Below, one piece after another: positions 23,658-34,763 of a stretch of DNA of 64,000 nucleotides. Source of the DNA: Neophaeotheca triangularis (Eukaryota); assembly GCA_054600435.1 (NCBI GenBank), contig BAAIJX010000027.1, positions 186,001 through 250,000 of the forward strand, written 5' to 3'. The translations under genes were made by a program, and so were the position numbers. The first letter of the stretch is position 1. Each line of letters begins with the position of its first letter. Below the pieces are notes generated by a model. It was given only the letters and a program-made list of their open reading frames with translations. It was not told the DNA's origin and did no database searches.

Positions 23658-26600
23658 ATGATGTCCGCTCGTGCTTCTGCGGCGCGCTCGCTGGTGAGTC
23701 CACGCGCCATCAATTCGATGCCATAGAAGGCACTGATTGACGGGAGAGCGCATTAAGCTGACCCTTCCACCAGAGCAAGCTCGCGGGCCGCCGTACGTTC
23801 GCTACCGTCAATGACACTGCCCTTACAAAGAAGGTCGAGATGACCAACTGGGAAAAGGGCCACTACATCAACTACGCAAAAATGAACGAGAACCTCGGCA
23901 TCGTGCGATCGAGGCTGAACCGCCCTCTCACCTACGCCGAGAAGATTCTCTACTCACACTTGGACGACCCCCATGGTCAAGACATCGAGCGTGGAGCAAG
24001 CTATCTCAAGCTTAGGCCGGACAGAGTGGCTTGCCAGGATGCCACCGCGCAAATGGCCATCCTGCAATTCATGAGCGCCGGTATGGACAAGGTAGCAACG
24101 CCTACCACTGTGCACTGTGACCACTTGATCGAGGCCCAGATTGGTGGCGAGAAGGACTTGGAGCGTGCGCAGAACATCAACAAGGAGGTCTACGACTTCT
24201 TGTCCACATCTTGCGCCAAGTACGACATTGGTTTCTGGAAGCCCGGATCTGGTATCATTCACCAGATTGTGCTCGAGAACTACGCCTTCCCCGGTGGTCT
24301 GATGATCGGTACCGACTCCCACACACCTAACGCAGGTGGTCTTGGCATGGTCGCCGTTGGTGTTGGTGGTGCTGATGCCGTCGATGTCATGGCCAACCTC
24401 CCATGGGAGGTCAAGGCACCCAAGATCATCGGTGTCAAGCTTACTGGCGAGATGAGCGGCTGGACTTCGCCCAAGGATATCATCCTTAAGGTCGCCGGTA
24501 TTCTTACCGTCAAGGGTGGAACCGGTGCCATTATTGAGTACCACGGCCCTGGTGTCAACGGCCTCAGCTGCACTGGTATGGCCACGATCTGCAACATGGT
24601 ATGTCAGCGTAGCACTTCTACATCTCTCTCCACAAACTAACCGTGAACAATACAGGGTGCCGAGATTGGTGCCACGACCTCCCTTTTCCCATTCAACGAG
24701 AACCAATACAAATATTTGGCGCAAGTCATCCCACATCGCAATGCTTCTTCTTTCATTCGCTAACATGAATTTCGCAGTGCCACCAAGCGTAAGCACATCG
24801 GTGACTTCGCCCGCGCCTACAACGCCGAACTCCACGAGGATGAGGGTGCCCAGTACGACGAGCTGATCGAGATCAACTTGAGCGAGCTTGAGCCCCACAT
24901 CAACGGTCCCTTCACACCCGATCTTGCCACCCCCATTAGCAAGTTCAAAGAGGCGGTCAAGGCCAACAAGTGGCCTGAGGAGCTCAAGGTTGGTCTAATC
25001 GGCTCTTGCACCAACTCTTCGTACGAGGACATGAGCCGTGCTGCTTCCATCGCCCAGGACGCGCTTGACCATGGTATCAAGGCCAAGAGCATGTTCACCG
25101 TTACCCCTGGATCCGAGCAAATTCGCGCTACCATCGAGCGTGATGGTCAGCTGAAGACTCTCGAGGACTTTGGTGGCATGGTTCTTGCTAACGCTTGCGG
25201 ACCTTGCATTGGTACGTTTTTTCCATTTCCCTTTCCCTTTACTTTTCGTTTCCTCTTTGATTGCAATTTTCGGGTCCTCAATGAAGATTCGCATTGGCCA
25301 ATCTTTCCGGAGTCGCCGCCCCGGTCGCTTGGGCTTTGCCTGCGACTTATAATACCGGCTAAGGTAGCCTGCGCTCCTGGTGCGATCAACGCTGCCTGAG
25401 CGTGGACTGGATCATTCCTCCGAAACCATACTCAACGGCGTGTCCTCGAAAATTTCAAGCTGAGCAGTTTCATCATACTCAACCGCTTAATGCCTTACTC
25501 GGCTTGCTGGAATGGGCAGCACTCGAATCTACTGGACTTTCCTCGCCGGCATCTATGGACGTGCCGGCTTTTCCTGTTTGCTTTTTGTTTTTCCCTTTCG
25601 CCTTTGGCTTTTTCTTTTCTTCTACATGACGGCAACCATCTAACCAACATACCACAGGACAATGGGACAGAAGGGACGTGAAAAAAGGTAAGGAGCAGCA
25701 CTCCAGGTTTAAAACCCTCACTTCCTCACCCGCTAACCTCATCGTCAGGCGAGCCCAACTCGATCATTTCGTCGTACAACCGCAACTTCACTGGCCGCAA
25801 CGACGCCAACCCAGCTACCCACTCTTTCGTCACCTCCCCTGATCTCGTCGTTGCCATGACCCTCGCGGGCGACCTCAGCTTCAACCCTCTCACCGACAGT
25901 CTCAAGGACAAGGACGGCAAGGACTTCAAGCTCAAGGCACCCACAGGTGAAGGTCTTCCTGCCATGGGTTACGATGCTGGCCGCGACACCTACCAGGCTC
26001 CTCCTGAGGACCGCTCTCAAGTCAGCGTTGCGGTCTCCCCCACCTCTGACCGTCTTCAAATCCTCGAGGGCTTTAACGAGTGGGACGGTGCCGATAAGCT
26101 TGATATGGTAAGCAAACGCTGCTAAGAGATCCACACTAACATTTTCAAAAAGCTGACAATCCATTCCTAGCCCATCCTGATCAAGTGCCAAGGCAAGACT
26201 ACTACTGACCACATCTCCATGGCCGGCCCGTGGCTCAAGTACCGTGGCCACCTTGACAACATCTCCAACAACATGCTCATCGGTGCCATCAACAGCGCCA
26301 ACGGCGAGGCGAACAAGGTCAAGAACTTCACTACTGGGGAGACGGACGCTGTCCCAGCCACTGCCCGTGACTACAAGAAGAAGGGCATTGAATGGGTTGT
26401 CATTGGTGACTGGAACTACGGCGAAGGCTCCTCTCGTGAGCACGCCGCTCTCGAGCCCCGCCACCTTGGTGGTATCGCCATCATCACCCGCTCGTTCGCT
26501 CGTATCCACGAGACCAACTTGAAGAAGCAAGGTCTGCTGCCCCTCACTTTCTCTAACCCCGAGGACTACGACAAGATCCAGCCCGAGGACAAGGTCGACC

Positions 26601-26764
26601 TCTTGTGCACTGAGCTCCAAGTTGGCAAGCCCATGACCCTGAGGGTGCACCCAGCCAACGGTTCCGCCTACGACATCAAGCTCTCGCACACGTACAACGA
26701 GGCTCAGATTGAGTGGTTCAAGAATGGTAGCGCGCTCAACGCCATGGCCAAGAAGAACGCGTAA
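23658..26764 (+). CDS. ACO1: Mitochondrial aconitate hydratase; exons 23658-23693, 23774-24598, 24656-24720, 24778-25211, 25658-25687, 25749-26107, 26171-26764
   Basis: Presequence-like [77 protein letters not shown]; the frame is restored across six introns including one GC-AG intron. Confidence 0.97.
25261..25568 (+). ncRNA. Candidate structured intronic RNA element in ACO1 intron 4
   Basis: At least seven compatible helices found by eye, flanked by pyrimidine tracts; the intron is 446 nt versus 57-80 nt for the other ACO1 introns. Confidence 0.5.
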
Positions 26765-27326
26765 ATTGGCTGAGGAGAAGTGGAGGAATAAGATGTCGAC
26801 AACAGTTGCAACTGGAGGACCGCAGCACGATAGTGTAAAGCTGAGCTCGGGGGAGTGTTGATTTGCGGATGCGGTGGCAGAAGAGAAGTTGAAGGTTTCT
26901 TGTGCATAGTATGCTGTTTTCTAGGCGGGCGTGTGTGCTAGTATAGGTCTGGCGCTAGCTTTTTCTTGTCATGAATACAAATGTGCGTTTTCTTCTTGTG
27001 TATTTAAGGTACCTTTCTCAAAGCTCTCCATATTGGTGAGGTATGGCGCGGAGAGCATAGAGCCATCAAGAATCAGCAATAGCGAGCGTTTTAACTGGGG
27101 TCCCACCTTCTCGGCGCTGATGGTTGGAAGCTAATAATAAAGTATAGGTGGCCACGGCACGCTCCTCTTCAAGTACCTAGCAATGCCCAGAAGTCCTCCT
27201 ACCACTCACGTCCAGTGAGATGAAAAGTGACGGCGAGGCGAACAGACAGGGCTTGGGACAAAAAGGCAAGCTCGTGCAGCCAATGGCAGCCCCTGTTGGT
27301 ACTGTGTATACAGTGTACGTACCTAG

Positions 27327-27361
<35 letters not shown>
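27327..27361. repeat. (TAG)n microsatellite
   Basis: Visible run, starting within a TACCTAGGTA palindrome. Confidence 0.9.
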
Positions 27362-27362
<1 letters not shown>

Positions 27363-27789
27363 TACACAAAGCTGCGGCCAATCTGCTCCAAGACCTGCAT
27401 TCGCCGGCACATTACTGCATTTGCAGCTTCTTTCTCCATACTACCCAACTATGTATGTACAGTACTATTGGCCCCGGGCGTTTTCAGCGCTTCGAGGCAG
27501 CCTCTGACCAATGTCGTTCTTGTCCAGTTTTTTTGTGCTTCTATGGTATCTACAGTAGTTTGTATGCCAGTGGCCCCAAGTCCAAAGTTGGCTTGCAGGC
27601 CTGCCTATTGCCGAGAAGGCAGAGGAGAGGCATGAAGCCATGGAGTGCAGCTGCCCAGCGCACACCACCTATCCAACTACCTAGGTAACTTACCTCCCGT
27701 CTCCTACACTTTGCCATCCGCGCCCCTTCGGACATGGCTGATTTGTATACATGACACTGTGTCTCTTGTAGTTGGTTCCGTTAGTCGAC

Positions 27790-29074
27790 ATGTCAGACTC
27801 CAGCGTTTCCAATTGCGTGCTGAGTATCGTCACCTCTTTCACAAATGGTCTAGATGTTTTGAAGAGGCTGCGCGAGCGGAAATGGCACAGGAAACAGTCC
27901 AAAAATGTCCCAAAGAAGAGTGGCAATGAAGAGCTGCTCCTCTCTCGTTCCCTGCGACGTGGTCCAGAAGACATTAGCCGGGAATACCAGAGGAGCATAC
28001 ATGCCGCGGGTCATCACTACGCTGTCGGAGATGGTAGGTTTCGTCGCAGTGCCGCCTGCTCTCTACCACTACCGAAACACTAACTGAAAGACAGCTACTG
28101 CGCAAACCTCCCTCGCTCACATTCTACTTAAATTGAATTCCGGTCTTGTCTCCATCATTACGACTTTTGTCAACCGTGACAAGCCAGACATCCAATTGGA
28201 CTATCGCTCGCTAACGGACCTTTCTGAACAGTCTCGCAGCGAGACTCTCGACGTACTCCGTCAACTATACCAACGCTTACAGATGAAGCGACCAGAAGTC
28301 CTACCTCGTCAACCCATGCCCGATGGACGGTCAAATCAGCGAAAAGCCGTCGAAAATCGCCCACACCCAGACGTGAGGCAAGCGAGTACCCACACGGCCA
28401 GTAAAAAGCCCAAAAAGGCCCGCAAACCTGGCATCGCTCGTGTGATCATTCAAAACTCTTCCCAGCCTTCCCAGTTGGCAATCGTCAAGCCAGGCGAGCG
28501 GGGAAAATCTTCACGCTCACCTTCAGGCACGGCAACTCCACCCAACTCGACTCCGCCAACCTCTAACATCTCCAACGCTTCCAACCATCGAACAGCCAGG
28601 TATCAGGCCGCCAGACCCAAGACAGCGCCTACACCTGCACCCACTCCCAACGCCCACAAACGCGTGCACTCTTCGGAGGTTGAGCTCCCCCTTCGATCGC
28701 AGCCAGAAAAGCTGCGCTCATCCCGCTCAACGCCGCGATTGCAAAAACCTCACACACCGGAAGAAGCTCCACCGTTACCACGTAGAACACACGAAGACAC
28801 TTTGGCACCCCTTCGCCGCCCCGTGGATTCCCGACTTCCAAAACGGACTCCAACCATGTACTCGATGGCGTCCGCCAGCACGAAAATGGGCGAGATTCCC
28901 ATGCACAAGTGGCACGATCCGTGGGATTACGATGCAATGGCTGCGCGCAACCGGGAAGCTGAGGAGCAGGGGTGGCCATTTCAGGCTCAAGAGGCTGCTG
29001 TGGCTGAGGACAGAGTTAAGAAGAAGCGTGGCGGTTTGTTTAGGATGTTCAGGCGAAAGGGATCGGATGATTGA
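27790..29074 (+). CDS. Hypothetical fungal protein; intron 28034-28094
   Basis: MSDSSVSNCVLSIVTSFTNGLDVLKRLR..YAVGD|ATAQTSLAHILLKLN spliced in frame; C-terminal SASTKMGEIPMHKW motif and basic tail. Confidence 0.8.
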
Positions 29075-31157
29075 TATGGTTTCGGGCTGGATGGTTGGAT
29101 TCATCGTATGGAGATTTCCGGCTGTGGACGCGTTTTTGAGAGGTGTTTGGTTGGTGGAGCGTGGAGTTGGTTTGATCAATACCCTTTGCATCGAGACGTT
29201 TGATAGGTAGCACATGAATAACATTATTGGCTATCGGCCTCCGTGGAGTGTTCGAGGCAGAGTCTTATATCTTTGCGTACTGCGCAGACTTCAAACTGTT
29301 CCTGAGCATAACGTCAAGCAGGCTGCGATCTCCTCTCCCTACACACAAGCACCGTCCGAGGCGAAGCCGCCGGCTCCAGGTCTGGCGTCGACCGCTTGGC
29401 ACACGACGAGATTATGGACTCCCAGAGTGAACGCAGCGTTTCCGCCCTTTGCACGTCTTTGCCAGAAGGGTTCTCTCCGCCCTCCGGCTGGCGCAAGGTC
29501 TGTTGTGGGATGGTTTCAAAAGGCAGGGATTCTGGCAACTCAACCAGGTCTACTACGGTGACCTCAGCAAGTGGCATGCTGGGCGCGGTGTGCGACCTCG
29601 GTCGACTGTATTCTGTTTGCAATCCTACGAAATTCAGTTGCGCTACGATATGAGCAGACAGGTGCGGTGGTCGGAGCATATCGTTCATTACCGCCATTAA
29701 TCTAGTCGCCGATTGCACTGCAGCGGTTTGGAGAGCCACTGCATCTTGATTTGAGTCTTTTGTAGCGCCGAGCTCGAGAGCGGCAGGCTTCATGTTTCTA
29801 GAAATTTTCTATCAGGGGTTAGCCTTGGAAGCGTCCAGTGCTCTGTAGAGCAAGCATACTCGTGGCGATTTGCCATACTCTGACCCGGGAGCAGATGAGC
29901 GGTCCCCAGGGGCTTGGTCATTGCCATCTGCGCGCATTGCATCCGTGGTATTCCTCCGATCGCCTTTGGTCCAGGTAAGAAAATTAGTGGACATTGTACG
30001 ATTGCATCATGTCATGGTACTTTCGCTTGGAAGAGTTTTAGCAATTGCAGTTAATGCAGAGAAAATGAGAGCCAAGACACAGTGACAGAAAAAAGTCTGG
30101 TACAGGTTCGAGGTGCTCCTACAGGTTGTATAAGACCAAACTTGCTGCGTACTCTCTGGAGCGGGCTGGCAAAGTACCGACCAAAGAGCAATGTTCGGAG
30201 AATGGCTATTTTATCTCCCAACGCGCCGCGACATTTCAGCCTCTCGGCTACAATCACATCCTCTGTGTCCTCTCATCTCTTGGCGAACTTGAGGTAGCGA
30301 CCAGCTAGATGCATGGGAGACCATATACCAAAAGCTCTTGCTTGCCTGAATTCGTCTCGACAGTTTCCCGCCATTGTCAGTCAGTCAGTCTTCGAACCTC
30401 CCGGGCACTATTGCGAGTACAAAGACTCCCCCACAGGTCTTAAGGAATAATGGATGAAGTTTGCAGGAGATACCTATACTTTATACTTGACCTGAAGTCC
30501 TTGAGTACTTTGGTCTTCCGGTGATAGTGACTAGACTCAAATTCGATACTATGGCTGCTTACCTAGATACTAGACAGTAGGAGGGGTATACCTCCTTTTC
30601 CTCATACAATCTACAATGGATAGCAGAGTGGTATAAGCGACAGTCGTGCAAGAAAGTGTCGGACAAAACACCGAAGCACAGTTTCACTTCCTATATTTCG
30701 CAAATCTCGATTTGCTGGGCCGGTCAGAGCAGAAGCAGCCAATACTGTACACAGAGGCATTCACGTGTGGAATTCGAAGCCAAACTTCAAAGGATGTGGT
30801 CGCGCTCTATCCGCTAACCTCAAAACGGCCTACATAGGTCCAAGCTTTGTACTGCTTTTGGCGTGAGTTGAGTCGTATGCTTCCCATCTTCGCGAAGGCC
30901 GACCAAATCACCCCATCAAACTTCTCATGCCCACACAATACATACGAAGTTAAGCCTACTACATTACCTGGCCAATAAGCCACCGTAGCGAACATCGACC
31001 ATACAGCTCGGGAAAACTCTGAAAACCTGAGTGAGACTAAGGTACGCCTCACATCGGCATGCGAAATCCGTGCATTTAACTAACCCACGTAGCGCTGCTC
31101 ACTTTGACGATTGCCAAACTTAGCCCGGATCTGTCGCCATTCTGCGACTATTGGGCA

Positions 31158-32084
31158 ATGGCTGACTCCGAGAGAGGCGACGCCCGTGGACAAGGGCGTT
31201 CGAAGGATGAAGCCAGGTCACGAGGGGACGACTACGATGATCGCAGAAGGCACCGACATGAGCGCGAGTCTGGCGAAAACAGATCACGGCGCTATAGTGA
31301 TCGGGCAGAAGGTCCCAGGCATTCCGGCAGAGGCAGAGACTCGAATCACATAGGCGACCGAGAACGTGGCGACTCAAGGGGTGACCGAGACCGTGACCGA
31401 CGAGGACATGAAAGGAGGGAAAGGCATCGTTCTAGATCGCGCGACCGGCAATACGATGGCAATCGCTCCCGCTCTCCGCCATCAAAGCGTAGGAGGAACT
31501 CATCATCTCGCCCACATTCACCCGCGCGAAAATCTCGTGGTCCTTTACCTTCGCAAGTCGAGTCGTTCCGTGGCGAGCCGGAAGCAGGAGGCGAAAAGCC
31601 ACCTGAGAAACGCAAACCAAACTACAAGCCAACCGGTCTTCTCGCCAAGGAGGCCAACACGGTCGCGGGCACGACAACAGTCTTACGTTACCACGAGCCA
31701 CCAGAAGGACGTAAGCCGCCTCCCAAGCAGCAGTGGCGGATGTATGTCTTCAAAAAGTCCGAAGTGGTAGACACAATCTACATCCACACACGAAGCTGCT
31801 GGCTCGCCGGACGCGACAAGACGGTTACCGATTTACTTCTCGAGCATCCCAGCATCTCGAAACAGCATGCGGTCATTCAATTCCGCTATCAGACGACCAC
31901 CAACGAATTTGGCGACAAGACGAGCAAAGTCAAGCCATATCTCATAGATCTTGGCAGCGCCAATGGGACCAAGTTGAATGGGAACGCGATCGATGCGAGT
32001 AGATATGTGGAGCTTGTTGATGGAGATGCTATCGTATTCGGAGAGAGCGAGAGGGAGTACGTGATGATGTTACCTCCACCTTGA
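31158..32084 (+). CDS. FHA-domain RES complex subunit (SNIP1/Pml1-like)
   Basis: RS/RD-rich N-terminus, KPNYKPTGLLAKEAN, YHEPPEGRKP, FHA residues GR..HPSISKQHAVIQFR..DLGSANGT. Confidence 0.92.
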   Translation: MADSERGDARGQGRSKDEARSRGDDYDDRRRHRHERESGENRSRRYSDRAEGPRHSGRGRDSNHIGDRERGDSRGDRDRDRRGHERRERHRSRSRDRQYDGNRSRSPPSKRRRNSSSRPHSPARKSRGPLPSQVESFRGEPEAGGEKPPEKRKPNYKPTGLLAKEANTVAGTTTVLRYHEPPEGRKPPPKQQWRMYVFKKSEVVDTIYIHTRSCWLAGRDKTVTDLLLEHPSISKQHAVIQFRYQTTTNEFGDKTSKVKPYLIDLGSANGTKLNGNAIDASRYVELVDGDAIVFGESEREYVMMLPPP

Positions 32085-32340
32085 GCATGGTCAAACAAGA
32101 GTAGGCGGATTGAATGTGATTATCGGTACAGAAGACCACAAGAGTACCCACTACCTAGGTACTTTTCAGCACGTGATCGCGCGACCCCGTGTTTCATACT
32201 GTTGCTAGCGCCGATCTTCCCGCAGCCCGGGGCCAGGCCTCCGGTCGATAATCATGACGCTGCTGATTCCCGTGAAACTTCTCGAGACAGAAAAGGCCGT
32301 CTGGCCTTTCGTCTTCTACCCGGGCAACACCTCACATGCA

Positions 32341-33587
32341 ATGACCACAAAGCTGCCGAGCGGCTGCATCAGTACTGCCTCACGCGTTCGCATCTCTACC
32401 GAACTGCCCCCGTTCACAACGCTTCGATTGAAGCAATGGAACCAATTCCGCGCATACGCGCTTCCGACGAAACGGCAACAATCTCCCAAGGACACCCCAG
32501 CCTCGCCTCGAAGCGATGAAGATTGGGAAAAGAAAGCAGCCATCACGCGCGAAAGCTCCCGCAGTATCACCGACCCGATCAACCCGCCCATCAGTACTCT
32601 GCCGCCTCCCCTCCACCTCCCAAAGCGAGGAAGCGAGAACTTGGCCGTATACCTCTTCCGACTGGGCAAAACATACGGAACGTTCTACAAAGATGGAGTC
32701 AAGGCGGTGTGGTTCAATCACAAAGCTGCCAAGGAGGTCAAAGCGCGTTTGCGAAAGGAGCAATTGTCGAGGACGATTGATTTGACGGGCGCAGCTGCGC
32801 AAGGGTTGTTGACGAGAGCTGAGCTCCAACTGCTGGCAAGGAATACCTACGACATTGGCAAGCTGCCGTTCTTTGGCTTACTGGTACTGCTTTTTGGGGA
32901 GTGGTTGCCGCTGTTGGTGCCTTTCATTCCTTACGCTGTACCAGGGACATGTAGGATACCGAAGCAGGTACGCGGTATGAGGGAGAAGGAGGAAACGCGC
33001 AGGACGAAGAGCTTCAGGATGGGTATTAGGGAGCCCTTCAAGGAGGACATGGTCGTGCAACAGGCTGATGCTGAGGAGGTAAAGCCGAGACCGAACACAT
33101 GGCCCGCGACCGATCTGGATTACACGAAAGCGTTGGTTGGGAAGTTGCGAGACGACCAGCTGTTCCATCTGTCTTCGTCGCTGAACCTGCACAGTACCAT
33201 CTGGGACAAATTGCAGCTACCACCGCCTTCGGCGTTACTCAGGCGTCTGGTAGCGAGGCGGTTGCAGTATTTGGCGTTGGATGATATGCTGCTAGTCAGG
33301 AGCAACGAAGCTGTGCAGAAGCTTGTACCCGATGAACTGGCTGTGGCATGTGAAGAGCGCGGTGTCAGTCCGTTGGCAATTCAGGATAATGGGCTGAGGG
33401 AGGTTCTCAAGACGTGGCTCAGAAGGCAAGATGAGGAGAGTGGAGAGGGCAAGGCAATGATTGAGATGTTGTTTAGACGGTAAGTTTGCTGCCAGTAGTT
33501 GGCTTTGACGATGGAGATGGAGCAAGACATTAGCTGACAGCACGCAGACCGAATACATGGGATCAGATGCCGAAGAGGGGAGCCTGA
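32341..33587 (+). CDS. LETM1-like mitochondrial inner-membrane protein; intron 33480-33547
   Basis: FYKDGVKAVWFN, LTRAELQLLARNTYDIGKLPFFGLLVLLFGEWLPL, LQYLALDDMLL, ACEERG; start could alternatively be 32254. Confidence 0.8.
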
Positions 33588-34763
33588 AGAGATAGACTCT
33601 GTATTCTAGATACGTTCGACTTGACATTACTAGCCAACCGCGGCAACCTCGAATTCTCCAAGAGACCATATTTACTGCAACGGGCTTTGGCTACGTCGCT
33701 GTCTGATGAGCAACTCGACCGTCTGAGCATTTCTCACGTCTGATGCAATTCAAAGAGATGATGTCTCGAGTCTCGATCATCATGGTGGACCATGGGAGCC
33801 AAAAGCGCGCGGGTGTAACCAGAAGGATGGATGGGTGCCGAGACCGGCCGGAGAATTGTAGAACATAAGGTATAGGGTTTAGTCTCCGGTTCGTAGGAGG
33901 TATGAACTATGAAATGTTAGCCGCGCTTTTAACGTTTGACTTTGACGCCTGCGTTACGCAGTTTCCACTACTGCAAGGGACGAAGTACAAGAGTTTCGAA
34001 AGTGCATGGGAGGCGGAAGAAGTCCAAGCAGGAGATGTAATGTTCACCGCTCGACAGGTTGGGAGTGATGGTCAAATACCATACCAACAATGTATCTTCT
34101 CTTGGGAAGGTGTCCAGATGATGATAATGGACGGGTGGTACTACTATATGTATGTAGGGTTCAGGTTTGGTTTGGAGTCGGTGGGGTCAGCCAGGGCCAA
34201 TCGTTTCAAGCATGCCTCCATTGCCCGTCCTCACCAGGCACAGGCCACACCAACTGGAGGGTACCCCTGCATGCAGCATGGAGATAGGGACGTGTAGATA
34301 CAGTAGGTATGTACTAGATACAGAGGTAACCTTGGAACTTCCACCAGGATGAGCTCCCTGTTGGCGGAACAAGTTGCTGTTATTATTACCCGAAGTCTTG
34401 TTCTATCTATTCATCTACATAACAACATCCACGACCGCATCGCTATTGACCTCGTCCTCGTCCATCCCGTCGCTACAAGCTTTCTGCCGATGCAGGTACA
34501 CCCGATTCTCTCGCATACCGTACTCCTTGAAGACTGTGCATACCCAGACTAGGTACGCGGACAGACGCAGACCGCCTCCTGCAGACCGGCCACGGCGACC
34601 TTTTGTTCCGCGCGCCTAATGATTGGCACTCCTACTACCTCTACGGCACTTTCTTGACCAGCAGGAGCGAGCCGGCCAACCACCTTCAACTGGCTATGCA
34701 AGCGATCCTTTCTGGTGCTAACCGTGTAACCACGCCGGCTTCTGCCACCACCGCCATCCCGCC

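Noticed and set aside
25281..25287. ATGAAGA as a C box of a C/D snoRNA
   Set aside because: No CTGA next to the 3' strand of the closing helix, and the motif is itself paired in a hairpin
25413..25432. ATTCCT..AAACCATACT resembling snR30/U17 m1 and m2 motifs
   Set aside because: The motifs are nearly adjacent rather than flanking an upper stem, and there is no correctly placed ACA or H box
23954..26689. Long antisense ORFs (314 aa each) over aconitase; similar ones over DHH1, KAP121, GGA and SPT7
   Set aside because: Shadow ORFs expected from strong codon bias on the sense strand; no recognisable motifs
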